From positions 10,292,001 through 10,356,000 of the forward strand of contig OZ320323.1 in NCBI GenBank assembly GCA_976226885.1: a DNA stretch of 64,000 nt. The letters are read 5' to 3'. Shown here one piece after another: positions 13,899-27,500 of the stretch (positions are counted from its first letter, which is position 1; each line of letters starts with the position of its first letter). The notes below the pieces were generated by a model, which was not told the DNA's origin, searched no databases, and worked only from the letters and a program-made list of their open reading frames with translations. Made by a program: the position numbers and the translations under genes. This DNA comes from Iphione sp. A-MEVVRFRX5. Lineage: Eukaryota.

Positions 13899-14086
13899 GG
13901 GAGAGAGGGAGGGGAGAGAGAGAAAGAGAGAGCAGAGAGAAAGAGCAGAGAGAGAGAGGGAGGGGGGAAGGAAGACCTCTCTAACCAAGAGTTCTACCTC
14001 TCTAACCAAGAGTTCCACCTCTCTATCTAAGAGTTCCACCTCTCTAAATTAAGATACCCCCACAAGACCTCCTGGCTACGGGCCTG
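13789..14086. mobile_element. Non-autonomous DNA element with 6-bp target duplication, expanded by GA microsatellite
   Basis: TIRs caggccggtagcca(a)gg / cctggctacgggcctg, flanked by direct ctgtac at 13783-13788 and 14087-14092. Interior has (GA)n and three ~20-bp tctctaaccaagagttc(t/c)acc units. Confidence 0.8.
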
Positions 14087-15497
14087 CTGTACATATTAAC
14101 TCCTGGATGATCCACACCACAAACGACACATGCTATGAACATCATATACCCGCCCACCTTAGGGTGCAGCCGTTTAAAACAGTTATAACATCTAAGTTCC
14201 TTGACTGATTTGGCTCACACGTTGCAAACATTATTCTGCCAAAACATGACGCAATTCCAGCACGTACAAGCATATCGAAGCAGTGGTATAGGGTACATGA
14301 ATCACTGATGGCAGGAGTTGGTTATAGTGCGAATTGTTTATGGTCTGAGTGAGCTATGAGGGAGTCAGTTCGCTATGGCACGTATAATTGTCCAGCAGTT
14401 CTCTCAAGCGAGGTGAACACAGTTTAGATAAGCGGCGCTATCGTGACGCGAAACTCCACCATGACCATGACTGTTTCAGGTGGATTTGCGCCTCATCCCC
14501 GCGCACCACTTCCCTGGGTTTTCCTCGGCAGGTGGGAGGTATTTCGCCTCGGTTTTGATATGACAGGTGTCATAAACAGCAGCTCCCCTCCCCCTCTTAA
14601 TCCGCTCCTTATCTGCCCCGGCCTGTATGCTAACTAAACGCGCCGGACCTCCCATTAAGAGGCTCCCCATGCTGAAGGGTCTGATAACCCTCTTACCTCT
14701 GATAACAACGCATCGCGGATGACCCCCCCCCCCCATCACAGTTTCAGTAAAGTGGGATAAACCACGTAGAGACATAACTCTTCCTTGTCCACCTCACCAT
14801 GACCACCATAGCAACATATATAAAAAGAGGAAATTATTTGTGTGTGTGTAAGTGTGTGTGTGTGTGTGTGTGTGAAAAGAGGGTAGCATTGATCCACTCC
14901 CACATGGACCTTCTGCTTATTGCACGCTCCTGCTCGCAAACATGAATGAGCTGGTTGTATTGCTGACGTTATGGCTTTCATGAGATCTTACGTAATATTC
15001 CTACAGTCGGTGGTGGTGTCGGTGGTTACCATGGCTGTGTTTTGGATACCTAGGGCACACAATGCTATATTTCCACCCACGGGGGAATCGATACGCTGGA
15101 AGTGGTCAGTGTTTGCCTTCATCTCATACTTGAACAAGGCCGCTGCCATACAACGGGAAGAATAATGCGAATTATAAATATGTATGCAGTTTCCGCTCAT
15201 TTTGCTAGGTAGCATATTAGTAGAGCGTGCTAAGAATCCGATTGGAATTTCCCTCGCCGCAGAGAAGAAAAACTTTAACAGCTTCAGTGATATGAACGTC
15301 GAATGTTTTATAAGAGGACAGCGTTTGAAGAGGCAGAATATCAAGAGTTTTACATTTCATGACGCTTCTACAATGCATCTACTGACATGTGTAGGCAAGA
15401 ACTACCTGTGCGGATAGGTGGTTGAAATTGGCTTTAGTTATCTGGATAGAAAAAGAAAGTATCTACATTTATGTACAAATATATCCATTGTATTGTA

Positions 15498-15675
15498 CAG
15501 TAGAAACCCTATTTGTGACCATCACTCTGGTCCCACCTCAAGTGGTTGCATTGGTGAATTTTGGTCACAAATAGAGTATCAAATGTATAGAAACAAACAT
15601 TTTGGTACCCATCTCAGGTGGTTGCAAATAGAGAGTGGTCGCAAATCGATGTGGCCACAAATAGGGTTCCCAGTG
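15498..15675. mobile_element. Tc1/mariner-type MITE (same family as 6655 and 28301)
   Basis: ta|cagtagaaaccctatttgtgacca ... tggccacaaatagggttcccagtg|ta. Confidence 0.75.
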
Positions 15676-16509
15676 TATATGTTTGGAATTACCCTTTCTA
15701 CTCTTATCCAAGCTATTGAAAATAAGTTGCCTGCAATTGACTGATCGCCGTTTTGCATTAAAATGACGTTTACACTTAGAATGAATTTTATGTCATTTAC
15801 ATCATGAGATCACGAGAAAAATTTACAAGGCTATAACTTCATTGTAAATAAAGATAGAACGACAATCTTTACACCAACTTCTTTCTAGATCCTTGGCTTT
15901 AATTTGATATAAATTTTATTGAAATCTGACAAATAGAACAAGGTGTTTCTGGGTTGGAAACACACCTCTTGTCTTAATTTTTTAGCGTACCATGTGGAAG
16001 CTGTCCTAGTCTTCTCTGTGGCTGTTGTAGGCTGTCTACAAGTTGCATTGATTGTTTAACTTAATTTTGCCTTGTAATGACGTTATTTGGCGATTGGTCA
16101 ATTGCCTTCATATTCAACATTGTGAAAAATGTCTAATGAGACCACAAGTGACTAACTGCTTCTGGTGAGATAACTCCTCCCACCGCTCACGTCACAGACA
16201 CGTGTATCTGACATAGACAAACTGCAGGTTCCCAAGGCCTCTTCAATGCTTAAACAGTCATCTTTGACCCCTTGTAACTTAGAAACTATTAGACTGAAAA
16301 ATACCAAAGTCAGTCTGAATCATTGCTAATATATTCTCTTTACACTTTAAAAGGCAAATAATTCTATTTGTAATATTAACTGAGATATTTAACCTTTCCA
16401 CAGAATCCTATGGTGAAGAATTTTGTTTGTCTTTGATGGGAATTCCCATACTTTCTGAACGATGCCTCTGATTGGTCCAGCTGAACTGTCACTCAAATAT
16501 TTTGACATA

Positions 16510-16630
16510 CAGTCAATTCTTACTTGAAGATCAAAAGTATTATTTCTGTCTAAAACGAGATCACGGTGGACACTGGACCAAAACAGAGACCAGATTTCTC
16601 CAGTGTCAGAGGTGGTCTAAGAGTTGACTG
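16510..16630. mobile_element. Short Tc1/mariner-type MITE
   Basis: ta|cagtcaattctt ... aagagttgactg|ta. Confidence 0.65.
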
Positions 16631-18466
16631 TACATCGTACTGAGCAGCTCATCAGTTGGTGGTCAAGTGTGCTAGGGAGCTTGTCGTCAGACTACGGCGA
16701 TCAAGCCTCTATAAATTAGCATACAGCGGCATCCATTCATTGGTCATTCTTGTATTTTTATTCCACACTCATATCTACAATACCAGCATCCCTGCATCCT
16801 TATTAGCATGTATGACTTTTGATTTGATACAGAAACAAAATGGCGGACTTGTGCTGATTTATTTTTTCAACAGAGAAGAATCACAATATGAAATTGTTCC
16901 TACCCAACTGAAAACAGGATTTTCACTTGTCGAAGGAGATCAGAGCTTCTTTATGACGAAGCAAAATTTTGAAATATTAGCAAGTGATTATTTTTAAAAT
17001 AGCATAGACTTGTAGAAGAAGTCTTTAATTCATCCAGCATTTCGTGCCAAAGGATATTTCTTAAACCATAGATGGTACCCGGTCCCTGCACTCTTTTATG
17101 GAAGAGAGCACATGTGTGCACTCTGCACCATCCAAACTACATGTATATCCTTTTCACTGACTTTTAGCTGAAAAAAATCCCTTTCTCCATGAGGAATACA
17201 AAAGCTAGGAAAAAAACACCCCTTCTTTGTGAAGAGTGCATGGACTGGGAAAAAACATCCCTTACATTGCACGAAATGCAGGGAATGGGAAATATCAACC
17301 CATTATTTTCAAGAATCAGGGACCTGAAGTTTGAAAAACGATGAGTATCAATAATGATTAGCATTGAGAGTATGGGTGCCCTGGGGATGGTAACGTACAA
17401 GGTAAGTAGGTACATACAGTGAAGCGACAGTGAAGCTTGGATTCAAGTTAGTGCGATGGTACAATGATCAGGAAAATGATTTTTAGGTGTAAAGCATTAG
17501 GCCTACATGATGATTTGAATAAGTCGGGATGGAATGGAATATTATAGCAATACGATTAAGCAAATACACCTGGACAATATTCTGAATTCTTGATATCAAT
17601 GATCTAATTCGATCATCCTAGATTTTTAGAACCGTGAAAATGGATTGTGTATGGATTTTAATTTTTTTTTATCAGTTCTTGACTCTGAAAATAACAGTAA
17701 AGAGCAATTGTGTCATCTTGTATTTTAATTGATTCGATTATTCTAGAGAGGTAAAAGATTTAACAGAACCACGTTGAGCATAGATCTACTAGCTTTACCT
17801 TCGGAATACTAACCATATTTAAATACGCTTATATATTTTACCTGTTTATTTTCAAGAATGATTTAATAATAATATAGATACATGAACATAAAATTACATG
17901 TCGTTATACATACTACATATACAATCTTATAGACACAAAGTAGCTAGGGCAGCCTAAAACAAATAGAATCGCAAAGGAAACTGAAGTTACAGAAACAAAC
18001 GTTAGCCTTGTGTTTGAAGCGTCCAACTGAGTGCCGCCACCTCGCGGATGTAGTCTACATTATCTTTGAATTCAAACGCATCATTCCCGACACCTGGTGT
18101 CAGTTTCACTCAGTAGACTGTCACTTTATTTTTTGCAGTTTTGCAGGAAATTGTCGAAAAGGTAGGGAATATTTTCTATACACAAGCAACAGATATATAA
18201 TGAGTTTTGGCGAGTAAAGAGGATAATCTCCGTTGCAAATGCCACTGCCCCCTCTGCACCACATCTACTGCCTCAACCACGTTGTTTCTTTCTTTTAGAT
18301 AAGGGTAGGTATTAATTTTAATTGACACATTAACATTTGAAAAAAAAGGTTAGGCAAAAAATGTTTAAAACTGAACAGTTGAATCCATCTCCAATGCAAG
18401 CACAGACAGGAACCAGCCAACTCTGCCCTTTATGTAGAGTTGCCCTTATTAGAGGGTTGTATTTCT

Positions 18467-18467
<1 letters not shown>

Positions 18468-18527
<60 letters not shown>
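18468..18527. repeat. (GAT)20 microsatellite
   Basis: Perfect trinucleotide run; the source of the poly-Met ORF in the track. Confidence 0.98.
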
Positions 18528-18528
<1 letters not shown>

Positions 18529-19309
18529 GTGTGCTGGGCATGATGTTGGGTGGTACAGAAACATTTCTTGTATACTGTAAGATCCTTTGACCAACAAAAT
18601 TGCTCTTAATTCTGGCTCGCCCTTCTTATCTAGTTGAGTTGCCCACTTGGTGAGTTGGTACTAGAGTTTTTACAGTGAAGTCTCTTTGCATGTGACATAG
18701 GTCTGGCAGCTGATGATGGCATCGCCATAAATTCTGCATAATTATTGTACATATTTCTCCATAGTGGGTGAACAGATGGAGAGCATGTGAAGGAATCCAT
18801 TGCAGTCTATGGAGTGATGCATCTTTTATCCATCAGACAGTTTAAATATTTATACGGATGAATAGGAGGAGTTGAGTACGGGCACCAGATAGTGTGTTCC
18901 CGGATGCAAATGAGTTTCCCCACCAAAGTCTTGTCCTTTTACATTCATCCAGAACTAAGAAAAGGTGTGTGCTCTACCATGACCAAACCCAAACAACCCA
19001 TCTCTACCTACTGAAAAGAAGTAGGTGTGCAGTGGTTTGTGCCCGAGGTGATGATCGGCACTCCTGTCTATGAGCTAAGTTTCAATGAGGATCACACAAT
19101 GTGTTGGTTATATCTCTAAGACAAGAGTCGAACGTTTGTCATGAACATATTCAGTAAAGCATTCAATGGAATGAATTAAGGGGAATTTACCTTTCTCTTA
19201 TTGTCAGATTTTCACAGGGGGTCCAGTTGTTTGTCACGATCATGGCCTGCAAACCATTGAAATGAGCTTGAGACGCTTAACCTTCAAGGGAAATTTTTCT
19301 TTATTTCAT

Positions 19310-20850
19310 TTTTGGATCCCAATTGAGGGATCCAGCCAAGAATTGGATTATCACCGAGGCCCAAAGGTTATAATTGTGTCCAGGCTGGTCTGAAAAAAAT
19401 TAGGCAAGATACTTACCCCCATTGTCTTATAATTATGACACCCTAATGGGATAGGACAAAGCAAACTCATGATTGTGCTTTGATTAACTTAACTATAACA
19501 TAGCAGAATGATGCTTTTACAGATGTCGAAAAGTTTAATAATTAATGCTTATATCACAAGATTACCTAATGAAACAGAGATCATAGCAAAAGAAAGATAT
19601 AACCCACTGAAGTTGAATTGTGTTGTTCAATGTTAAATCCACATTCATGCCATCTTTCAGGTTATTTCTAAATCAAATCAGCATGCTAGGAATAGCATTA
19701 CCGCTAAACTCAGAACAATGCCTGAATACACACTTGTCTGACTCAGAGGAAATGCGCGGGATTATTTAGAATAAAGCCTTCGATGTAATGCCGAGGGCAT
19801 ATATAAATAGGTGAAAGAGATCAATGCTGTCTCTCTCTCTTTCTGAGTTACACACTAGTATCCTATCTGTTCAATTCTTTATGATGGCTAGTCTTATTCC
19901 TAGCTGTGAGTGGGCTGATGATGTGTTGGAAGGTTATGCTGTTATTTTTTTATGATGTAGATCAACTTTTAAATGGAGTTATGCAGAGAGATTATCAGAT
20001 CATCCTATTGTTTTGGCCAGGATCCAAGAATTAGCCATAAGCAAGATGAGAAATTGTCTAGTTGAAAATGCATTTGTTTCATGACTGTAGTGACTGTTCA
20101 TCAGCTTTATTATCTGACAGATATCACAACCTAGTGATCAATGGTTTTTTTCTGATAGAGAATGGAAGGAATTATTGTTAGGATTTCAGTCTTGGGAGGA
20201 TTTGGATGCCTTTTTAGTAAACAATTCGTCTCAACATCGAAGACAGTGCCATTCAAAGTCAAAAAAGAGAACTGCAATCAGTTAGCTAACATAATGATTT
20301 GTTTTACTGAAAAATACTGACGATAAATTTATTGTTTCAGGAGATGGAGGGAGTACAAGATCATTTCACTAGTGCTGTCAGCAATCTAGGATATACTTGT
20401 AAAATATGTCGGGCCTGTTTTACATCGAGAAAAGAATTATATTTACATCAAGGTTCACAACATGGAATGATCTGATCAAGTTTAGAATGTACCATGGTAA
20501 GATAGAGCTCCTTGGATCAATGTTAAAGGAGATATAGATGAACAGTTACAAGAGGATTATAAGGCCAATAGGCAACATATATAGGCAGCACCTGAATTAA
20601 TTTGATTTAAAATTTTCCTAGTAATGATTTGCAATTTGAAAATAGAAAATTAATGGAGCATTTTGATGAAATATATAGGAACCAAACAGAGACCTCTAAG
20701 AGTAATATTTCATTTCGTAGGATTTTAATCATTCAGAACTAAACAAATATCTCTATTTTATTCCATATCATAATGCAACTTTATTTCCATCACCAGTTAG
20801 TATAATTATCTACTCTCTCAGCTGTAATTTCAATGGGGGAACAAATAATG
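19310..20850 (+). mobile_element. Decayed Polinton/Maverick-like segment: accessory ORF plus N-terminal part of the protein-primed PolB ORF with a C2H2 finger
   Basis: C2H2 finger YTCKICRACFTSRKELYLHQGSQH (C-x2-C-x12-H-x4-H) at 20392-20463. It is followed by VPW*DRAPWINVKGDIDEQLQEDYKANRQHI, LMEHFDEIYRNQ...SNISF.RIL and YFIPYHNATLFPSPV. Upstream are GYNCVQAGLKKIRQDTYP, NAYITRL, CVVQC, MPEYTLV*LRGNARDYLE and DVDQLFKW. Many stops and frameshifts. The family call rests on recalled similarity to invertebrate Polinton ORFs. Confidence 0.7.
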
Positions 20851-22220
20851 GATTTTGATCTGGCCTAGCAACAGTCATTTAGTACTTACATACAACATTA
20901 AACCTGGCAGATCAGGCCCATATACTACTTATACCTTCAAATGATGGAGATTCACATATCTAAGGGTGCTGGATGATTCTTATGAGGAAGATTCACTTCT
21001 TCCAGGATGCTGTACCATTGCTGGGATGCAGAATCACCCTAACAACAGCCATATACTACTTACATCCAACATTAAAGCTGACAGACCAGTGCCATATACT
21101 ATTTATACCTTCAGATAATAGAGATTCATATCCATAAGGGTGCTTGATGATCCTCAGGATGAAGATTCACTTCCTGCAGAGTGCCGGACCATTCTTTGGA
21201 TGCAGAATCACCCTAGCAATAGTAATAATCTATTTACACCCAGCATGAAAGCGGACAGACCAGTTTCATATACTACCTATACCTTCACATGATGAAAATT
21301 CACATCCTTAAGGGAGCTAGGAAACTCTCAGGATGGAGATTGTCATTGTACAGGGTGCTGGACAACTCCTGGGATGGAGATTCATGCCCTCCTAGGTGCT
21401 GGAGCATTGCTGGGATGCAGTGTCACTCTAACAATAGTTACATTCTACTTACACCAAAAATTAAAGCTGACAGACCAGTGCCATATACTACTTATACTTT
21501 TAGATGCTGGAGATTCAGATCCTTAAGGGTGCTAGTCTACTTCAAGGATTGAGATTGTCTTCTTCCAGGGTGTTGGACCATTCTTGGATGCAGAATAACC
21601 ATAACAACAGTGATATACTACTTACACCCAACATTAAAATAGACAAACTCATGCCATATAATACTTATATCCTCAAATGATGGAGATTCACATGCTAAAA
21701 GGTGCTGAATGATTCTTAGGTGCAGATTCACTTCCTCAATGGAGCTGGACCATTCCTGGGATGCATAATCATACTAGCAACAGTCATTTACTACCTACAT
21801 CCAACATTAAAGCTGACAGACCAGTGCCATATACTACTTATACCTTCAGATAATGGAGATTTACATCCTTAAGGAAAATGTACCACTTTAAGGATGAAGA
21901 TTGTCTTCCTCCAGGGTGCTGAACTATTCTTGGGAAGCAGAATCATGCTAGGAAGAGTAATTTTGTACTTACGCAAAACATTAAACCTGACCGGCCAGAA
22001 CCATATATTACTAGTATCTTCACATGATGGAGATTCACATCTTTAAGGGTGCTGTATGATTCTCAAGATGCAGATTCACTTCCTCCAGGGAGCTGGACAA
22101 TTCCTGGGATGCATAATCACCCTAGCAACAGTCATTCACCACTTACACCTAACATTTAGGCTGACAGACCAGTGCCATATACTACTTATATCTCCAGATG
22201 ATGGAGATTCACATCCTTAA

Positions 22221-23261
22221 CCCCTTCCGGACCAGTAATAGACAAATCATTCATATTTGAACGATGGCTTTCAAGCTAGAGTGCAGATAATTGTTATTAA
22301 ATGGAATTTTTTGATGTTTTGCAAAAATCAAGCTCATACTGTAGGCTTTCCAATGTCACCTGAAATTTTGTGAAAATACACAGGGTTACCATGGAAAAGC
22401 AGTCACATGACCAGTCAGGATAGCATAAATGTACCTTAGTGGTATATATCTCCATACATATTCATGGATATAAGCCTTTTATGATTTAAACTGATGAATT
22501 ATAGGAATATGATTGCAATTCATAATTATGTGTTAGAAACTTTATCTTGGGAGTATATCTGAAGTACTTTATTTTTCTTCACTGAAAAAAATAGTGTGAA
22601 TGAGAAACTTGATTATATATATGAGCATATATTTTCAAACAAAATATTATGTATTATTACATAATTATTAATTGTAAATAGAATATGATAGATATTGGTC
22701 TCTGTTACTTTCCTCCTCACCAATTCTTAAGAAAATCACAGTTTTTTTTCATAAAAGTAATTCCTGGCTGATATTTTCCCATAGGTTATAATTAATTCCA
22801 TCTTAATATTATCCAATGATGCATCAGTGATGCTAATGCACATGGTGATGCACTTTTTTGCATGAGACATGTATAATTATAAGCTCTGATAAAATAGATT
22901 CCAGACCACTTTCAGTGACAAAGTAGGTATCAAAACACTGGAAATCACCTGCTAAATACTTTCTTAACTGAACATTTTCTTCTAGGATCAATATTTTTCA
23001 ATGTTTGTCTGCCACTAATGGAAATTAGGGTAAATTAAATGTACTTTTTATAAATCATATCATGCTTTCAATCCAGTCTTGTTACCATGGCAACCTAAAT
23101 TATATCATGACAAAGTTTTCAAAATAAGAAGCAATCCAAGGGCTTTCACTTAATATATAACATTACTAAGCATCTCTTGTATTAAATCCTACAGCTTAAC
23201 GTGATCAATCTAGCTACAGTTGCCTATTGTCAAAGCCTCCTTTTTCCTGGTCTGGAAGGGG
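22221..23261. mobile_element. Non-autonomous piggyBac-like element 1 (1041 bp)
   Basis: TTAA duplication (22217-22220, 23262-23265). TIR ccccttcc(g/a)gaccag. AT-rich noncoding interior; the satellite resumes in register after it. Confidence 0.92.
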
Positions 23262-23439
23262 TTAAGGGTGCTGGACCATTCCAAGGATGGAGATTCTCTT
23301 CCTTCAGGGTGCTGGACCAGTCTCGGCATGCAGAATCACCCTAGCAACATCCATATACTACTCAAATCCAACATTAAAGCTGACAAACCAATTTTATATC
23401 CTACTTATATCTGCGGATGATGGAGAATTACCTCCTTAA

Positions 23440-24504
23440 CCCCTTCCTGACCACCAGAAATAGTGTAATTTGAAAAGGTAAATGTAGGCCAGTATAGCTT
23501 ATTCACCTGTAGTTTTTAGTACAACAGACAATTTGTAATGTTATATACCATATGAAAGCAAATGATTTGTACTTTAAATCCAGGAGTTTTTCGTTTGATT
23601 TATTTGGTTACCATGGCAACAGAACAACGTTGAATACGAAATATGATCACCTAAATTTACACTAAATTTACACTAATTTACATCACCAGTAGAAAAACAC
23701 CAGAAAATATTGTTCCTAGAGAGAAATGTTCAATTAAGAAAGTGTTCAGCATGTTATTTGGAGTCTTTTGATATATAATTTGTTATTATACATGGACCCA
23801 ATCATGACTATGACTATCAGAGATGATGTAGGTTTGCATCAAAAACGATGTAAATGATGCCCTCAATGGCATGTTTTTTAGAAATTCCATGGTTCCCATG
23901 GAAACAGTGTTGACACCAAATTATTAGTTTTAGTATAGAATAACTTATAATTGATACAACTTTCATTTTTAAGTAAAATATTTCTGAAATAAAACTATTA
24001 AAGATACATATTTCTGATAAGAACATCATTTATGCTATTACGTACTATACCGTTATACCAGTGTCTATGCAAAAGTAAGATTGTAACAGAAAATCTCCTT
24101 GTATTTTCAATGTATTTCACATTTTCAAATTAATAACTTCAAAAATTCTTTTAAAAATAATTAAAACAAACCCGATTAGAGGATTATTCAACAAAACTAC
24201 CTTGTTTCAATAGAAGTTTACATAAAATATGTGTGCTATAGATAATTACTAGTGGTCCAAATAGGGGATAATTTGCAAAAATGGTAAGCACATAATTTAC
24301 GACATAGTCATGTGACCATTTTGGTGATTCCAGAAATTATGAAACAATAATTTTAGACCTAGTTATATAGCATACACCTTTTAGTACATAATCCATCCAC
24401 TTTTTGGAGAAACAATGCCCAGATTTCATGTAGATTTCTGTTTATGTATCTGTAGGCTTATCCGCCCAATTGGGCGGATAAGCCTATGGGCGGTCAGGAA
24501 GGGG
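23440..24504. mobile_element. Non-autonomous piggyBac-like element 2 (1065 bp)
   Basis: TTAA duplication (23436-23439, 24505-24508). Perfect 13-bp TIR ccccttcctgacc. Confidence 0.92.
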
Positions 24505-27500
24505 TTAAGGTTGCTCATCCTCCAAGGTGCTGGTCCAGTCTTGGGATGCAGAAGCAGCCTAGCAACTGTCATATGCTATCCATACACTTGATTAAAGCTG
24601 AATACCAATTTTATATACTACTGATACCTTCAGATAATAAAGATCTACCAATTAAAGGGGTGCTGGACCATTCTAAGGATGGAGATTCTCTTCCTCCAGG
24701 GCACTGGACCAGTGTTGGAATGCAGAATCAGCCTAACAATTGTCATATGCTACTCATACACTTGATTAAAGCTGACAAACCGATGCTATATACTACTTAT
24801 TCCTTTAGATGATGGAGATTTGCCACTTCAAGAGTGCTGGACTATTCCAAGGATGGAGAGTCTCTTCCTGCAGGGTGGTGGACCAGTCTTGAGATACAGA
24901 TTCACCCTAACAACAGTCATATACTACTTAAACCACACATTAAAGCTGACAAACCAATTTTATATTTTGCTTTTACCTACAGATAATGAAGATTTACCAT
25001 TGAAAGGGTGCGGAACCATTCCAGGGATGGAGATTCTCTTCCTCCAGGGTGCTGGACCAGTCTTGCAATGCAGAATCATCCTAGTAATAGTCATATACTA
25101 CTTAAAGCCAATTAAAGCTGACAAACCAATTTTATATGCTACTTATACCTTCAGATGATGGAGATTTACCTTCTTAAGCTGGACCATTTCAAGGATGGAG
25201 ATTCTCTTTCTTTAGGGTGCTGAACCAGTCTTGGGAAGCAGAATAACCCTAGCAAGTGTCATATGTGACTCACACCCTTAAATAAAGCTGACAAACCAAT
25301 TTTATATACTACATATACCTTCAGATGATGGAGATTTACCTCCTTAAGGGTACTGGACCATTTCAAGGATGGAGATTCTCTCCCTCCAGAGTGCTGGACC
25401 AGTCTTGGGATGCAGAATAACCCTAGCAAAAGTCATATATTACTCAAACCCTTCATTAAAGCTGACAAACCAACTGTCTACACTACTTATACCTTCAGAT
25501 GAAGGAGAATTACCTATTAAAGAGGGCTGGACCATTTCAAGGATGGAGATTCTCTTATTCCAGGATGCTGGACCAGTCTTGGGATGCAGCACCTTCCTTG
25601 CAAAAGTCATATACCACTTACACCCTACATTAAAGCTGACAAACGAAATGTATACACTACTTATACCTTCAGAAGATGGAGATTTACTTCCTTAAGGGTG
25701 CTGGACCATTTCAAGGATAGAGATTCTCTTCCTGCAGGGTGCTGGACCAGTCTTTGGATGCAGAATCATCCTAACAAAAGTCATATACCACTTACACCCT
25801 ACATTAAGGTGACAAACCAATTGTATACACTACCTATGCCTTCAGACGATGGAGATTTACCTCCTTAAGGGTGCTGGACCATTTCAAGGATTAACCCAAG
25901 TCGAACAGTTGTATACTACTTGAATCGAACATTTAAGTTGACTAACCAATGCTATATACTACTTACACCTTCAGGTGATAGAGATTTAGTACTTAAAGGG
26001 TGCTCGACCATTCCAACGATTGAGATTCTCTTCCTTGATGGTGCTGGACCAGTCTTGGGATGCAGCATCACTCTAGCAACAGCCATATACTACTTAAATC
26101 CAACATTAAAGCTGACAAACCAATCTCATATACTACTTATATCCTCAGATGATGGAGATGTACCTCTTCTAGGGTGCTGGACCATATCAAGGATAGATAT
26201 TCTCTTCTTCCAGGGCTGTTGAAAAGTCTTGGGATGCAGAATCACCCTAATAACAGTCATATAGCACTCAGACCCTTCATTAAAGCTGAGAAACTAATGC
26301 TCTATACTACTTATACTTTCAAATGATGGGTTTTTACCACATCAAGCATGCTGGACCATTCCAAGGATGGAGATTCTCTTCCTCCAGGGTGTTGGATGAG
26401 TCTTGGGTTGCAGAATCACCCTACAACTTAAACCCAACATTAAAACTGACAAACCAATGTTATGTACTACCTATACCTTCAGATGATGGAGATTTACCAC
26501 TGAAAGGGGGCTGGACCATTTCAAGGATGGAGATTCTCTTCCTCCCGGGTGCTGGATCAGTCTTGGAATGCAGAATCAACTTAGCAACAGTCATATGCTA
26601 CTCACACCCTTCATCAATGCTATATACTACTTATACCTTCAGATAATGGAGATTAACCACTTAAAGGGTGCTTGACCATTCCAAGGATGAAGGTTCACTT
26701 CCCGCAGGATGCTGAAACATTGATGGGATGCAGAATGACCTTAGCAACAGTCACATACTAATAACACCCAACATTTAAGCTGACAGACCAGTGCCATATA
26801 CTACTTATACCTTAAGATGATCCAGATTTACATCCTTAGGGTGCTTTACCACTCTGAGGATGAAGATTGCCTTCATTTAGGGTGCTTTACCACTCTTGGA
26901 ATGCAGAATTAACCTAGCAACAGTTATTTTGTACCTAAATCAAACATTAAAACTGTCAGACCAGTTCCATATACTACTGATAGCTTCAAATGATACAGTT
27001 TCACATACTTAAGGATGCTGGATGCTACTTATACCTTTAGATGATGCTGATTTACAGCCTGAAGGGTGCTGTACCACTATTAGGATGAAGATTGTCTTCG
27101 TTCATGCTGCCAGACTATTCTTGGGATGCAGAATCACCCTAGCAACAGTTATTTGGTACTTACATCAAACATTAAAGCTGACAGACCAGTGCAATTTACT
27201 ACTTATACCTTTAAATGATGGAGACTTATATCCTTAAAGATGCTGGATGATTCTGAGGGAGGAGATTCACTTCCTCCAGGGTGCTGGAGTAATCCTGGAA
27301 TGGAGAATCACCTTAGCAACAGTTGTTTAGTACTTACAACCAGCATTAAAGCTGACAAACCAGTGCTATATACTACTTATACCGTTAGATGATGGATATT
27401 CACATCCATTACAATGCTGGACCATTCCTGAGATGGAGATAAAGTTCCTACAGGGTGCTGGACCATTCCTGGGATGCAGAGTCATCCTAGCAACAGTCAT

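Noticed and set aside
18337-18543. ORF with 20 consecutive Met
   Set aside because: Simply the (GAT)20 microsatellite.
24486-27237. Repeating ~58-aa ORFs in the satellite (174 bp is a multiple of 3)
   Set aside because: Two different frames are each partly open, and stops and 1-nt indels recur. There is no conserved Cys or LRR pattern and no splice structure, so these are better explained as noncoding repeat.
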